Below, in pieces: positions 45,009-54,178 of a DNA stretch of 64,000 nt (positions within the stretch are counted from its first letter, which is position 1; each line of letters starts with the position of its first letter). The position numbers were made by a program, and so were the translations under genes. Under the pieces are notes generated by a model that was not told the DNA's origin, did not search any database, and saw only the letters and a program-made list of their open reading frames with translations. Source of the stretch: Candidatus Falkowbacteria bacterium (GTDB lineage: Bacteria; Patescibacteriota; Patescibacteriia; Patescibacteriales; UBA12075); the NCBI GenBank assembly GCA_043801965.1, contig JAZDLN010000051.1, positions 19,720-83,719 of the forward strand. Direction: 5' to 3'.

Positions 45009-45338
45009 ATGAAAGAAGCCGCTAAAACCCTGACCACTTTCATTCTCTCCGGCCACGATCCTTTCGGGCCGGAGTATGAAGACGGCTGGTCCGGATCGGA
45101 CTGGGGCAAAATTCTTGTTGACGCCTCTGACGAAGAAAGCGTGGCCAGATATTTCGGCGGCCGGTATTGCCCCGAAATACAGGCCATAGAATTGCCCAAA
45201 AAGTTATTTAAACGGACAACTCACAATGGCCGGAGATGCCGAAAATTTGTAAAAGACAGTTTGATTGTCTTTATGACCGGCGACACCGACAGGTTTCGCC
45301 CGATCCGAAAAGCGGATAAACTAATTATCAGAGATTAA
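45009..45338 (+). CDS. Small paralog C (109 aa).
   Basis: GGAGGG RBS. LTTFILSGHDPFGPEYEDG...ILVDASDEESVARYFGGRYCPEIQAIELPKKLFKR...DRFRPIRKADKLIIRD. Confidence 0.55.
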   Translation: MKEAAKTLTTFILSGHDPFGPEYEDGWSGSDWGKILVDASDEESVARYFGGRYCPEIQAIELPKKLFKRTTHNGRRCRKFVKDSLIVFMTGDTDRFRPIRKADKLIIRD

Positions 45339-45343
45339 AACTC

Positions 45344-45369
45344 AACGGCTGAAAAATCAGCCGTTTTTT
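45344..45369 (+). terminator. Rho-independent terminator of the paralog operon.
   Basis: aacggctga-aaaa-tcagccg followed by tttttt. Confidence 0.6.
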
Positions 45370-45370
45370 A

Positions 45371-45414
45371 TTTTGTCATTCTGGAGAGAAGCTGCAGCGA
45401 AGCGATAGAATCCC
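45371..45414. repeat. Solo arm resembling the TGTCATTCTGA MITE terminus.
   Basis: ttttgtcattctggagagaagctgcagcgaagcgatagaatccc, compare the left arm at 19767. Confidence 0.35.
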
Positions 45415-45472
45415 GTTTTGACTGGTTAATGGCCAATAATCGTATATTACCAGCGAACTCAATACCCCGCCG

Positions 45473-45676
45473 CCCGGGGGTAAACCCCCAGGGCTACCAT
45501 TTCGGTTTTTTAAGCCCGCTAAAGCGGGCTATTAATTAAAGCGTCTTGATAAAAATCAAACTTTTGTTGTTCCTAACTTTAGTCACAAGCAGATATGAAC
45601 CCTAACGGGACGTTTTAGTTAATAGCGCCCTTTAGGGTGCTTTTTATTTTGTTAGCCCTGGGGGTTTACCCCCGGG
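45473..45676. repeat. Roughly 200 bp unit flanked by a perfect 22 bp inverted repeat (cccgggggtaaacccccagggc / gccctgggggtttacccccggg), with internal hairpins.
   Basis: Copies at 45473-45494 and 45655-45676. Internal hairpins agcccgc-taa-agcgggct and gcgccct-tt-agggtgc. Confidence 0.45.
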
Positions 45677-45677
45677 G

Positions 45678-46499
45678 CTAACCATGCTTCCTCCTTAGAT
45701 AATCAACCACCCCTAAAGTCGAACGATTCCCCTTCTCCGGCGGGAACCAGGTCTGGCCCGAGAGAAGCGGATGCCCTTCGTGCTTATAGAAGATCTTTTT
45801 CTCCTCCCGCTCCCACATGGCGAAAACCTTATCCGCTTTCCGCATGTCTATCTTCTGCTCGTAATCAAGTAAAGCCCTGTTCAAATACAAAAATCCCTTC
45901 GGGAACTTCTTGCTTATCCGAAGCGTCAACTCCCAATCCTCCCAGAATTTAATATTCTCGTCCCAGCCGCCCAGCTTCATTATCTCTTTGCGCTTATGGC
46001 ACATCGAACTAGTGTCGATCATGATCCGCCGGTGCCATAACCGCTTCAGATCGAAATACCGATCCGCGTTGGTGTATTCGTCCCGTACCCTTTTTTCCTC
46101 CCCGTTCTCATCGACTAAAGTCAAGCGGTAATTCTTCTTGCAGAAAACGAGGACCCTGTCCTTGTCTCCCGCGAACGCTTTACCCATAAGTTCTAAAAAC
46201 TCCGGATACCAGGCGTTGTCGGAGTCGAGGTAGGCGATAAGCTCACCCTTGGCCTGCTTCAGGCCGTAATTCCGGACCGCGGCCGGTCCGATATTTTTCT
46301 TTAATTTAAAATACCGGATCCGCGGGTCGGTAAATTGCCGCGCTAATTTCTCCGTCGCGTCGCGGGAGGCGTCGTCTATGATCAATAATTCAAAAAACGG
46401 ATAAGTCTGCGCCAAGACCGACTGGATCGCGCGCCACAATATATAGCAGCGGTCACGCGTGGCGGTAATGACCGAGAATTTCGGTTTATAATTTTTCAT
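45678..46499 (-). CDS. Glycosyltransferase family 2.
   Basis: FSVITATRDRCYILWRAIQSVLAQTYPFFELLIIDDASRDAT ... AYLDSDNAW (DXD-type motifs). Confidence 0.8.
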   Translation of the reverse strand: MKNYKPKFSVITATRDRCYILWRAIQSVLAQTYPFFELLIIDDASRDATEKLARQFTDPRIRYFKLKKNIGPAAVRNYGLKQAKGELIAYLDSDNAWYPEFLELMGKAFAGDKDRVLVFCKKNYRLTLVDENGEEKRVRDEYTNADRYFDLKRLWHRRIMIDTSSMCHKRKEIMKLGGWDENIKFWEDWELTLRISKKFPKGFLYLNRALLDYEQKIDMRKADKVFAMWEREEKKIFYKHEGHPLLSGQTWFPPEKGNRSTLGVVDYLRRKHG

Positions 46500-46602
46500 G
46501 GTTTTTTGCTTGAAATTATGATTTAATATTCTTTTCTCGCTTTACATATTATATCACGACTGTTTTAAAACAAAAAACCGCCTTAAAGACGGTTTACGGT
46601 TT

Positions 46603-47331
46603 TTAGATACAGGCCGAAACATATTCCCAGATGATGGGCAGGGCATCGCCCAGTCTCGCGGCCGCGGAGAAATTTTTATCTTTAAACAGGCAGACGGCGC
46701 TTAAAAGGCCGACCAGTGATCCGTCCGGCGTTATAACGACGCCGCCCGAATCGCCCACGGCCGCATCAATGTTCATATTAAAATGACCGTAATACTGCGT
46801 TGATGTATATTTTTGGCAGCGGATTATCGATTCCCCTTTGACTGAATATTCGTTCACGACCGTATGGCAGACCGTATTAAAAATACTGCCGGTAAAATTA
46901 CCTTCTTTGCGCACCAGTCGCTCTCCGCGCCTGCCTAAATATATTATCGGCTGGCTGAGTTTTTTTTCAGGTGGAACGTAAAATTTAAAACAGTTGCACT
47001 CATCGCCGGATAATGGAATTTTACACAAAGCAAGATCGTGGTCGGGGTCGCGGACGCATATTCGCGCGCGCGACGACGTTCTGCCGTCGGACATCCTAAG
47101 TTTCATTATACCGGGCGGGTAAATCAAGCAGTGGTCGCAGGTCAGAAAATAACCGTCCTGGGTCAGAAGCAGGCCGTTTCCCAGGTGGCTGCCGTCGGGA
47201 TAAAGTATTTCGATAACGGCGTTGGCGATATAATTTTCGGAGAATTCAGCGGTGGATTTCTGGAAATATCCGATGTTACGCAAAAAACATGAGAGCGACC
47301 GGGGTCTTGCCGTCTGCGGGTAAACGAGCAT
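46603..47331 (-). CDS. Trypsin-like (S1 family) serine peptidase.
   Basis: His motif LTCDHCL and Ser motif AVGDSGGVVITPDGSLVGLL. Confidence 0.7.
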   Translation of the reverse strand: MLVYPQTARPRSLSCFLRNIGYFQKSTAEFSENYIANAVIEILYPDGSHLGNGLLLTQDGYFLTCDHCLIYPPGIMKLRMSDGRTSSRARICVRDPDHDLALCKIPLSGDECNCFKFYVPPEKKLSQPIIYLGRRGERLVRKEGNFTGSIFNTVCHTVVNEYSVKGESIIRCQKYTSTQYYGHFNMNIDAAVGDSGGVVITPDGSLVGLLSAVCLFKDKNFSAAARLGDALPIIWEYVSACI

Positions 47332-47433
47332 TCCATTTTCTCCTTAATTTTAAAAGTTCAGATATTTTAACCTATTATATTTTACCACATGATAATTAAT
47401 AAAAAAAGGGGTCATTATGATCCCCTGTTTCTT

Positions 47434-47814
47434 TTATTTGCTCAAATAACAAGACTCTTCACTCACCTCGTAAAATACCCGATAACCCCGGTATATACGC
47501 GGATATTTATCCGTATCATTAAAGTCGTAAGGATAAGAATCCTTAAGCGCGACCCAGATGCAGTAATCAGACAAGTTCTCGCCTTTTACGAGGGTAAATT
47601 CCGCTTTTTTCCGCATCTCACTCAAGGTGGACTCGCCGCAACCGATGACCAGGGGAACCCTGAATATAAAATCCTTATACTCCGTTAGTACTTTTCTAAA
47701 TTGCTGAATTTCTTTTATTCGCCTCTTAGTACGCTTTATACCAACAAGTGACGCTATTATCCCTATGGTCACAATCACTAATATCCAGACCAAAGCAGTA
47801 TCCGCAGCGTTCAT
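47434..47814 (-). CDS. Hypothetical protein with an N-terminal TM anchor.
   Basis: ORF plus hydrophobic N-terminus VWILVIVTIGIIASLVGI. Confidence 0.4.
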   Translation of the reverse strand: MNAADTALVWILVIVTIGIIASLVGIKRTKRRIKEIQQFRKVLTEYKDFIFRVPLVIGCGESTLSEMRKKAEFTLVKGENLSDYCIWVALKDSYPYDFNDTDKYPRIYRGYRVFYEVSEESCYLSK

Positions 47815-47856
47815 CGCTCCCTCCTTTTTTTTCTTTTGATTAAAAAAGGACCAAAA

Positions 47857-49020
47857 TTATAATAAACCTGATTTTATAGAATAACGAATTTTTTCCATCA
47901 TGTCAAGATAAAATTCCAAATTATTAAGCGTCGCGAGACGCTGTCCCAACGGCTCCCGGATCTTGAATAAATAATGCAGATAGGCTTTAGATAAATTCCT
48001 GAGCTCTGGTAATTTACTCTCCGCGTTAATAGGCGTAAAATCTTCCGCGAACTTTGAGTTGGTAATATTATCAGTTTTATAAAAATTATTGGATATTGGA
48101 CATTGCCTGCCCGGCAAGGCAGGGATATTGGATATTCCACGTTTTTTCCGCCAGGAAAAAATGCGGCCGTGCCTTCCTTCCCGCGTCGGTATCACGCAAT
48201 CGAACATATCGACTCCCCGCCTGACCGCTTCGACGATATTTTCCGGATAGCCGACGCCCATAAGATACCGGGGCTTGTCCTTCGGTATCTCCGGCACGAG
48301 ATAATCCAGTACTGCGTACATCTCGGCGGCCGATTCCCCGACCGAGAGGCCGCCGATATTATAGCCGTCGAATCCGATTCGAGCGAGATCGGAGAGGCTT
48401 TTTAATCTTAACGCCTTATCCAATCCCCCCTGGATAACAGAGTGGAGCAACGGCTTTTCCCCTTTTAATTTATCGTGATATTTTTTCGTTTTTCGCGCCC
48501 AGGCAGTGGTCAGCTCCACTGATTGTTCGATATATTTCCGTTCCGCCGGCAGAGCCACGCATTCGTCCAGGCAAACCGCGATATCGACGCCTAAGTCCGC
48601 CTGGATCTTAAGCGACTTTTCCGGCGTTAAATAGTATTCCCGGCCGTCGACGTAAGACTTAAAACGCACCCCGTCAGCTGTAAGTTTTACCAGGTTTTCG
48701 CCCGATCTTTTTTTCGTACCGGCCAAAGAGAAAACCTGAAAACCGCCCGAATCCGTAAGTATAGGCCTATCCCAATCCATGAATTTATGAAGCCCGCCCG
48801 CTTTTTTAACGAGCTTCTCGCCGGGCCTGAGCATCAAGTGATAAGTATTGGATAGGAGAATCTGGGCGCTCAAACGCCGCATCTCTTCGGTCGCCACCTG
48901 CTTGACCGACGCCTGTGTAGCGACCGGCATGAAAAATGGAGTCTTTATTTCCCCATGTGCTGTTTTAAGTACTCCTAAGCGCGCTTGAGATTTTCCGTAT
49001 TTTTTTAAAATTTTAAACAT
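47857..49020 (-). CDS. tgt: Queuine tRNA-ribosyltransferase.
   Basis: TAHGEIKTPFFMPVATQASVK ... TDSGGFQVFSL ... zinc-site CxCxxC-type region. Typical TGT length. Confidence 0.9.
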   Translation of the reverse strand: MFKILKKYGKSQARLGVLKTAHGEIKTPFFMPVATQASVKQVATEEMRRLSAQILLSNTYHLMLRPGEKLVKKAGGLHKFMDWDRPILTDSGGFQVFSLAGTKKRSGENLVKLTADGVRFKSYVDGREYYLTPEKSLKIQADLGVDIAVCLDECVALPAERKYIEQSVELTTAWARKTKKYHDKLKGEKPLLHSVIQGGLDKALRLKSLSDLARIGFDGYNIGGLSVGESAAEMYAVLDYLVPEIPKDKPRYLMGVGYPENIVEAVRRGVDMFDCVIPTREGRHGRIFSWRKKRGISNIPALPGRQCPISNNFYKTDNITNSKFAEDFTPINAESKLPELRNLSKAYLHYLFKIREPLGQRLATLNNLEFYLDMMEKIRYSIKSGLL

Positions 49021-49031
49021 AAAACGTTAAA

Positions 49032-49060
49032 GTAGAGACGTAGCAATGCTACGTCTCTAT
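49032..49060. repeat. GTAGAGACG-armed palindrome.
   Basis: gtagagacgtagcaatgctacgtctctat. Confidence 0.6.
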
Positions 49061-49087
49061 GTATCGGGTATATTTCAATAAAATTTA

Positions 49088-51208
49088 TCATTCCACTACC
49101 CCCGCCCCCCTCGCGATATCGTCGTCCTCGAGCTTGGTGGTTTTGGCCGGAGTGGTAAAATCCAGCTCCGCTTCCGTTTCGCTGTCCCTGGCCTTAACGT
49201 TAGTACCGGGCAGGAGTACCATGATAGTATTCTTATCCTCCTCTCGCGGCGTGATTTTAAGGCTCCATTCGGCGCTCGAATCATAAACCGTAACGGGCAG
49301 GCGCCCGATATCCCAAACCACTTCATGGGTACCTTCCAAATACTTAACGGCGCCGGCGGTTGATCTTTCTTTGCCGTCCCAGCTTACGTAACTCGGGAGT
49401 TTGACCGATATCCTAAGATCCGAAAGTTCATGCAGGTTATTGTTGAGCTTCCAATAAACTTTATAGCTCGTGGTTTCCCCGGTTTTAGGCGGATGCGGCC
49501 CGGTGCCGACGGGAATATTGTCTTCGTTAAAATACCGCGCCGACTCCTCGAGTTTAAGATCGCTGTTTATCCTTATAAGAACCGTGTTGCTGCGATTATC
49601 GCTGTCTTCGGACTTCTCGGCCCCTTCTTCGATCTCCCCGACGCTGAATTGCGCGTAACTTTCCGCCTGGTATTTTTTACCCGGATCTATCGCGCCGACG
49701 TTAAGGATATCTATGGAAAAATCGATCGTGCCCTCGGCGTGCTTGGCGATCGCCTCCAGGGCGGGTATTTCTTCCTTGCTCCAGGTGATTGTGTTCCCCT
49801 TTTCTTTCCCCTTGTTTTCGTCTTTTAAGCTCGCCCAATCGAGGAAATCGCTGTCCAATACGGCCATGATCACGACGTCTTTCATGTCGGTCTCGCCGCT
49901 GTTCTTGTAGACGATCGAATAGTTCAGGGTTTGGCCGAAATCAGCCCCCTGGTTATCCCGGGCCCCGTTCACTATCATGGTCAGATTAAGATCGCTCTTC
50001 ATCACCTCGAAATTAAGCTTTGTCTCGTGGAATTTTATGTAACGTCCGGAAACTGAACCGGCGGTGGCGGTAGCGGTGGCGTTATCGACGATATTTTTTT
50101 CGAAGTAAACGACGATATCCTGCTTATCGGATTTTTTTTCAGTGAACTTTATCCTGATCGGCAATATTTTTTCTTCCGTTCCGAGGCCCTCGATCTCCCA
50201 GACCCCCGGTCTTATCATCTTGGCCGCCGCCAACTTTCCCTTATCCTCTTCCTTCGGAGCCGGAACGCCGATCTCGATATTTTCCTGCGGCTCGACCGTT
50301 AGGCGGAAATTGCCGATATAATTCTTTTCGTTCGGATTAAGCCTGATCGTGACCTCGTCCTCCTGCCCGATAAGGGCGCTCGCGATATAATCATAATCGA
50401 TCTCGATACCGATATCGTTTATCATGGTCGACGACGTGGTTTCTTTCCTGAATTCGGAGGAAAAATTTTCCGGCGAATACGTCAAGTCGGCGGTTATTAT
50501 CCCCCGGTCGTTCTCGAGCCCGACCATCATGCCCTTGATCTTTATCTTGCCCGTCTCCCGCGCTCCGACCGCTCCTATGTTCCACGATCCGATCTTATCG
50601 TTCTTTGCGTTGCCGCTTTCCGGATAGCTGTCCAGAAAGATGAAATTATCCGGAAATTTAGCTTCTATCCGGACGTTCCTGATATTGATATTGCTCGAGT
50701 TCTTATAATGGATCGAATAAAAAAATTCTTCTCCGACCGCCACTTCGCTTTTGCCTTCGATAGAAAATTCGACCGCGGTCGCGTCCGAACCGCCTCCTAA
50801 ATAAAAATACCGGTAAGCCCCGTAAGCCGCGCCGGCTATTCCTCCGGTCATAAAAATAAATAAAAAAAGCCAAAAAAAGAAGCCGCGGCGCTTCTTGATG
50901 TCCATTTTTTTAACGTCGATCATCTTGCCGTTATTATCTTCGTAAATTTCGTGCAGGCTCTCATCGATTTCCTCCTCCATTTCCCGGCTGATACCCTCTT
51001 CTCCGCCCTGGTCCCTTAAGGAGATCACTCCGTCCTGGCCGTAAGAATCACGGCTTCCGTACGCGGACTCTTCGACTAATTCCTCGAAACTCTCGACTTC
51101 CTCGTCGGTGGGCATCGGCCGCCGGATAAACTCCGCCAGCCCGGATTTTTTAGAATTTTTTATGACAATACTTTCGTCTAGATTGCTTTTGCTCCTGGGT
51201 TTTGCCAT
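49088..51208 (-). CDS. Type-II membrane-anchored protein with an acidic cytoplasmic N-terminus and extracellular DUF11-like beta-repeat domains.
   Basis: Single TM FFFWLFLFIFMTGGIAGAAYGAY. Repeated N.S..T..NV.I.A segments typical of conserved-repeat (DUF11) domains. Confidence 0.45.
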   Translation of the reverse strand: MAKPRSKSNLDESIVIKNSKKSGLAEFIRRPMPTDEEVESFEELVEESAYGSRDSYGQDGVISLRDQGGEEGISREMEEEIDESLHEIYEDNNGKMIDVKKMDIKKRRGFFFWLFLFIFMTGGIAGAAYGAYRYFYLGGGSDATAVEFSIEGKSEVAVGEEFFYSIHYKNSSNINIRNVRIEAKFPDNFIFLDSYPESGNAKNDKIGSWNIGAVGARETGKIKIKGMMVGLENDRGIITADLTYSPENFSSEFRKETTSSTMINDIGIEIDYDYIASALIGQEDEVTIRLNPNEKNYIGNFRLTVEPQENIEIGVPAPKEEDKGKLAAAKMIRPGVWEIEGLGTEEKILPIRIKFTEKKSDKQDIVVYFEKNIVDNATATATAGSVSGRYIKFHETKLNFEVMKSDLNLTMIVNGARDNQGADFGQTLNYSIVYKNSGETDMKDVVIMAVLDSDFLDWASLKDENKGKEKGNTITWSKEEIPALEAIAKHAEGTIDFSIDILNVGAIDPGKKYQAESYAQFSVGEIEEGAEKSEDSDNRSNTVLIRINSDLKLEESARYFNEDNIPVGTGPHPPKTGETTSYKVYWKLNNNLHELSDLRISVKLPSYVSWDGKERSTAGAVKYLEGTHEVVWDIGRLPVTVYDSSAEWSLKITPREEDKNTIMVLLPGTNVKARDSETEAELDFTTPAKTTKLEDDDIARGAGVVE

Positions 51209-51245
51209 AGCTATATCGCTTAGGAATGTTAAAAATTTATTCTAA

Positions 51246-51776
51246 TCATAACCTGAAATCCGTCTCGTGCCTGGTATTCTTTATGATCTCGTCCGCCTTG
51301 ATCTTCGCTTCCTGCTCCAGAAAAAATTTATTGACACCGGGTACGAGCGAGAGCCATTTTCTGATAAGGTCGATGATCTTTTTTACCTTTACTTTTCCCC
51401 GGCCGATAAGCTCGTTTATTTTAGCGGCCGTTTCTTCGCCCACCAGCTTGAATTCCTTTTGTTTCTCCGGCGTCATCCCCGCGAAAATATCCCCCAGATC
51501 TTTTTCCAGAATAACCTCTATCTTTTTCTGGCGCGCTTTAAACGCCGGTGTCGCGCCTCCGTACGGACCCGCGCCTAATTGTCCTTCCCCCTCCCGGGTT
51601 TTAGCCACCATTTCCGCTATTTCCTGACGACGCTGGCTATCGGCGCCGCTTTCGGTTTCGGGCGTCGGTAAGGTTTCGATCTTTTTCTCTTCTTTTTTTT
51701 CGCTTATTTCCGCGCCGCCCCGGATTCGATCTTTAAAACCTTCGATTTTTCCGATTAAGCTGTTGTCTTCCGCCAT
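51246..51776 (-). CDS. Hypothetical protein (176 aa, charged, helical).
   Basis: ORF only. Confidence 0.35.
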   Translation of the reverse strand: MAEDNSLIGKIEGFKDRIRGGAEISEKKEEKKIETLPTPETESGADSQRRQEIAEMVAKTREGEGQLGAGPYGGATPAFKARQKKIEVILEKDLGDIFAGMTPEKQKEFKLVGEETAAKINELIGRGKVKVKKIIDLIRKWLSLVPGVNKFFLEQEAKIKADEIIKNTRHETDFRL

Positions 51777-51941
51777 ATTTTATCTTTTTCTATCAAAAAT
51801 TCGATAGTTAATGCTTAAATATCCGCTTTTATCCCTAAAAATTATTATACCATATTTTCTAAAAAAATAAAACCCGCCATATTTTAAGATTACCCTAAAC
51901 CGTGTTATAATATAAACATAATAATTATCTAATAAATTAAT

Positions 51942-52880
51942 ATGCCAAAAACCGATAACATAAACGAGATCGAGGTCGCGGACCAGGACGGCAAAAAAAT
52001 ATCCTGGATCAATATCCGTAACGCCGGTAAAACCGAGCTGGATTGGCTCCGCAAAAAATTCGATTTTAAATTGTCGCATCTGTCGGCCTCGTCCGTCAAA
52101 GCCCTAACCCAAAGATCGATAATCGAAAAAACCGAAAATTATATTTTTATGATCCTGCATTTTCCGGTTTTCGCCGGCGATAAGGTGGTTACGGAAGAAA
52201 TAGACTTCTTCGTGGGCAAAGATTATCTGGTTACTTTACACAATAACAAAATCAAGCCTTTAAACGAATTATTCGGTTTTTATAAAAAAGAAAACGCCCC
52301 TAAAGACGGCGGCGTTATCGGTCTTCTGTGCCATATCCTGGAAAAACTGTCCGATATCCCCTTCGCGCTTTTGGACAAGAACGGTTCGGCGATAAACGAA
52401 TTGGAAGACATGATCTTCGACCACAAATCAAGAATGGCCGCTTCCCGCGTTTTGTCGTTAAGGCTTGGCATAATTAACGCTTGCGAGGCCCTGCAAAACC
52501 ATCAGCGCATAATAGATGTTCTTACTGAATACGCGGCCGAATTCCTTCCCGGCAATAAGGCGCGGGAATTGACCAGAAAGATACATAGGGACGCGAAGAC
52601 CATCTGGCTTAATCTCGAAAACCAAAGGGAGATCGTCGAAGTGCTTAACAGCACGAACGAATCGTTCATGAACTATCAAATCTCGAATATAATGAAAACC
52701 CTGACCATCTTCTCCGTGATCGTTTTTCCCTTAACCCTCTTAGCCGCCATATTCGGCATGAATACGGTTAACGGCATGCCGTTTATGGAAACAAAAAACG
52801 GCTTTTGGTCGATTATCGGTATAATGCTCTGCGGCAGTTTATTTATGGTGTTTTACTTCAAGGGAAAGAAGTGGCTGTAG
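51942..52880 (+). CDS. corA: Magnesium/cobalt transporter CorA.
   Basis: Two C-terminal TM helices with the GMN signature (AAIFGMNTVNGMP). Confidence 0.85.
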   Translation: MPKTDNINEIEVADQDGKKISWINIRNAGKTELDWLRKKFDFKLSHLSASSVKALTQRSIIEKTENYIFMILHFPVFAGDKVVTEEIDFFVGKDYLVTLHNNKIKPLNELFGFYKKENAPKDGGVIGLLCHILEKLSDIPFALLDKNGSAINELEDMIFDHKSRMAASRVLSLRLGIINACEALQNHQRIIDVLTEYAAEFLPGNKARELTRKIHRDAKTIWLNLENQREIVEVLNSTNESFMNYQISNIMKTLTIFSVIVFPLTLLAAIFGMNTVNGMPFMETKNGFWSIIGIMLCGSLFMVFYFKGKKWL

Positions 52881-52935
52881 TGATTTCATATTTGATTAAC
52901 GTTGACCTTCGAAAATGAATGGAAAAATTAAAAAA

Positions 52936-52966
52936 AACGAGCGGGAAAAATCCGCTCTTTTTTGTT
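52936..52966 (+). terminator. Rho-independent terminator after corA.
   Basis: acgagcggg-aaaaat-cccgctc followed by ttttttg. Confidence 0.55.
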
Positions 52967-52993
52967 GCGCGACTGCACGAAGCTGGGTTCTCC

Positions 52994-53023
52994 GCTTAAT
53001 ACTAAATACTATATACTAAATAC
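52994..53023. repeat. TACTAAATAC direct-repeat element supplying the stop codon of dus.
   Basis: cttaatactaaatactatatactaaatactt, near-identical to 12189-12225. Confidence 0.55.
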
Positions 53024-54071
53024 TTTTCAAATACTCCCCAAACACACCCTCAATCTCCTTAAACGTATTAACGCGCACCAATTCTCTTCTTAACTCTTTC
53101 GCCCCGGATAGCCCGGCCGCGTAAGCGCAAAGCTGGCCGCGCATCTCTACTATCCCCCGCCCGCCTTTAAGGCCCTCGGCAAGCCGGGCGTGTTCTAAGG
53201 CGATTTTAAATACCGCCCGGGGAGAGCGCGCAAGGCTCTGTCCGGTGCGCACGGCCTTGAATATCCACGGCCGCCCCAAAGCGCCGCGCGCGATCCCGAC
53301 TCCGTCGGCTCCGGTTTCGGCTAATAATTCCTCAACACAACTTTTGACGTCAGCTCCCCTCGCCCGCGGCGCCGCGACACCCCTCCCCGTCCCTCCCCTA
53401 ATTAGGGGAGGGTGGCGAAGCGGAGCGGAGCTGGGAGGGGTAACGGTAACGCCAACCCCTCCATTCGCCAGAATCACGCCCCCGAAATGATCGCGGGCTT
53501 TTTTTATTATTCCTGTGTCGATCGTCCCGGCAAAACCCTGCTTTAGGGTCCGGCCGTGGATCATGATAGCGGAAATATTCAAGTCTTTAATAAATTCCAA
53601 AAAATCGATCAAACCGGTTCTGTTGACCCTGGTCCGGGTTTTGATCGAAACCGGCAAATTCGTGTTATCGATCGTGCTTTCGATTATCTTCCGCGCCAGC
53701 GGCATATTATCCATAAGTACCGCTCCCGCGCCCTGTTTGGCGACTTTCTTTACCGGACAGCCGAAGTTAATATCGATCCCGTCCGGACCGATCTTATCCG
53801 AAATTAGGCGCGCGGCCGCCGCGAAGTGATCCGGTTTCGCACCGAAAAGCTGGACTACGTACGGACGTTCTACCGGATCGAACTTAAGCATCCCTAAAGT
53901 TTTAACCGGATCATAAACCAGGGCAGTCGCGCTGGCCATCTCGGAATAAACGACGTCCGCGCCGAATTTTTTGCAAATCCGGCGCATGGCGCTGTCCGTA
54001 TAGCCCGCCATCGGCGCCAGGGCGTAGATCGGCCGTCCCCGTTTTTTTAATTTTTCCCAAAAATTACGCAT
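53016..54071 (-). CDS. dus: tRNA-dihydrouridine synthase with an in-frame repeat-element insertion.
   Basis: LAPMAGYTDSAMRRI ... DINFGCP ... GADGVGIARGALGRPWIF. Insertion TPPSSAPLRHPPLIRGGTGRGVAAPRARG splits the conserved ANGG / ADV...TGADGV region. Confidence 0.85.
   Translation of the reverse strand: MRNFWEKLKKRGRPIYALAPMAGYTDSAMRRICKKFGADVVYSEMASATALVYDPVKTLGMLKFDPVERPYVVQLFGAKPDHFAAAARLISDKIGPDGIDINFGCPVKKVAKQGAGAVLMDNMPLARKIIESTIDNTNLPVSIKTRTRVNRTGLIDFLEFIKDLNISAIMIHGRTLKQGFAGTIDTGIIKKARDHFGGVILANGGVGVTVTPPSSAPLRHPPLIRGGTGRGVAAPRARGADVKSCVEELLAETGADGVGIARGALGRPWIFKAVRTGQSLARSPRAVFKIALEHARLAEGLKGGRGIVEMRGQLCAYAAGLSGAKELRRELVRVNTFKEIEGVFGEYLKSI
53388..53441. repeat. In-frame nested-palindromic element copy inside dus.
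   Basis: cacccctccccgtccctcccctaattaggggagggtggcgaagcggagcggagctgggaggggt. Confidence 0.75.
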
Positions 54072-54178
54072 AGTCTCAATTTAGCATGTTTGACAAAAAT
54101 TACAAGTCATGCTAACGTATTCTAATTATTAGTGGGTCTTTTAAAATTTTTTTAACCATAGTACGGGGAGGTTAAACA

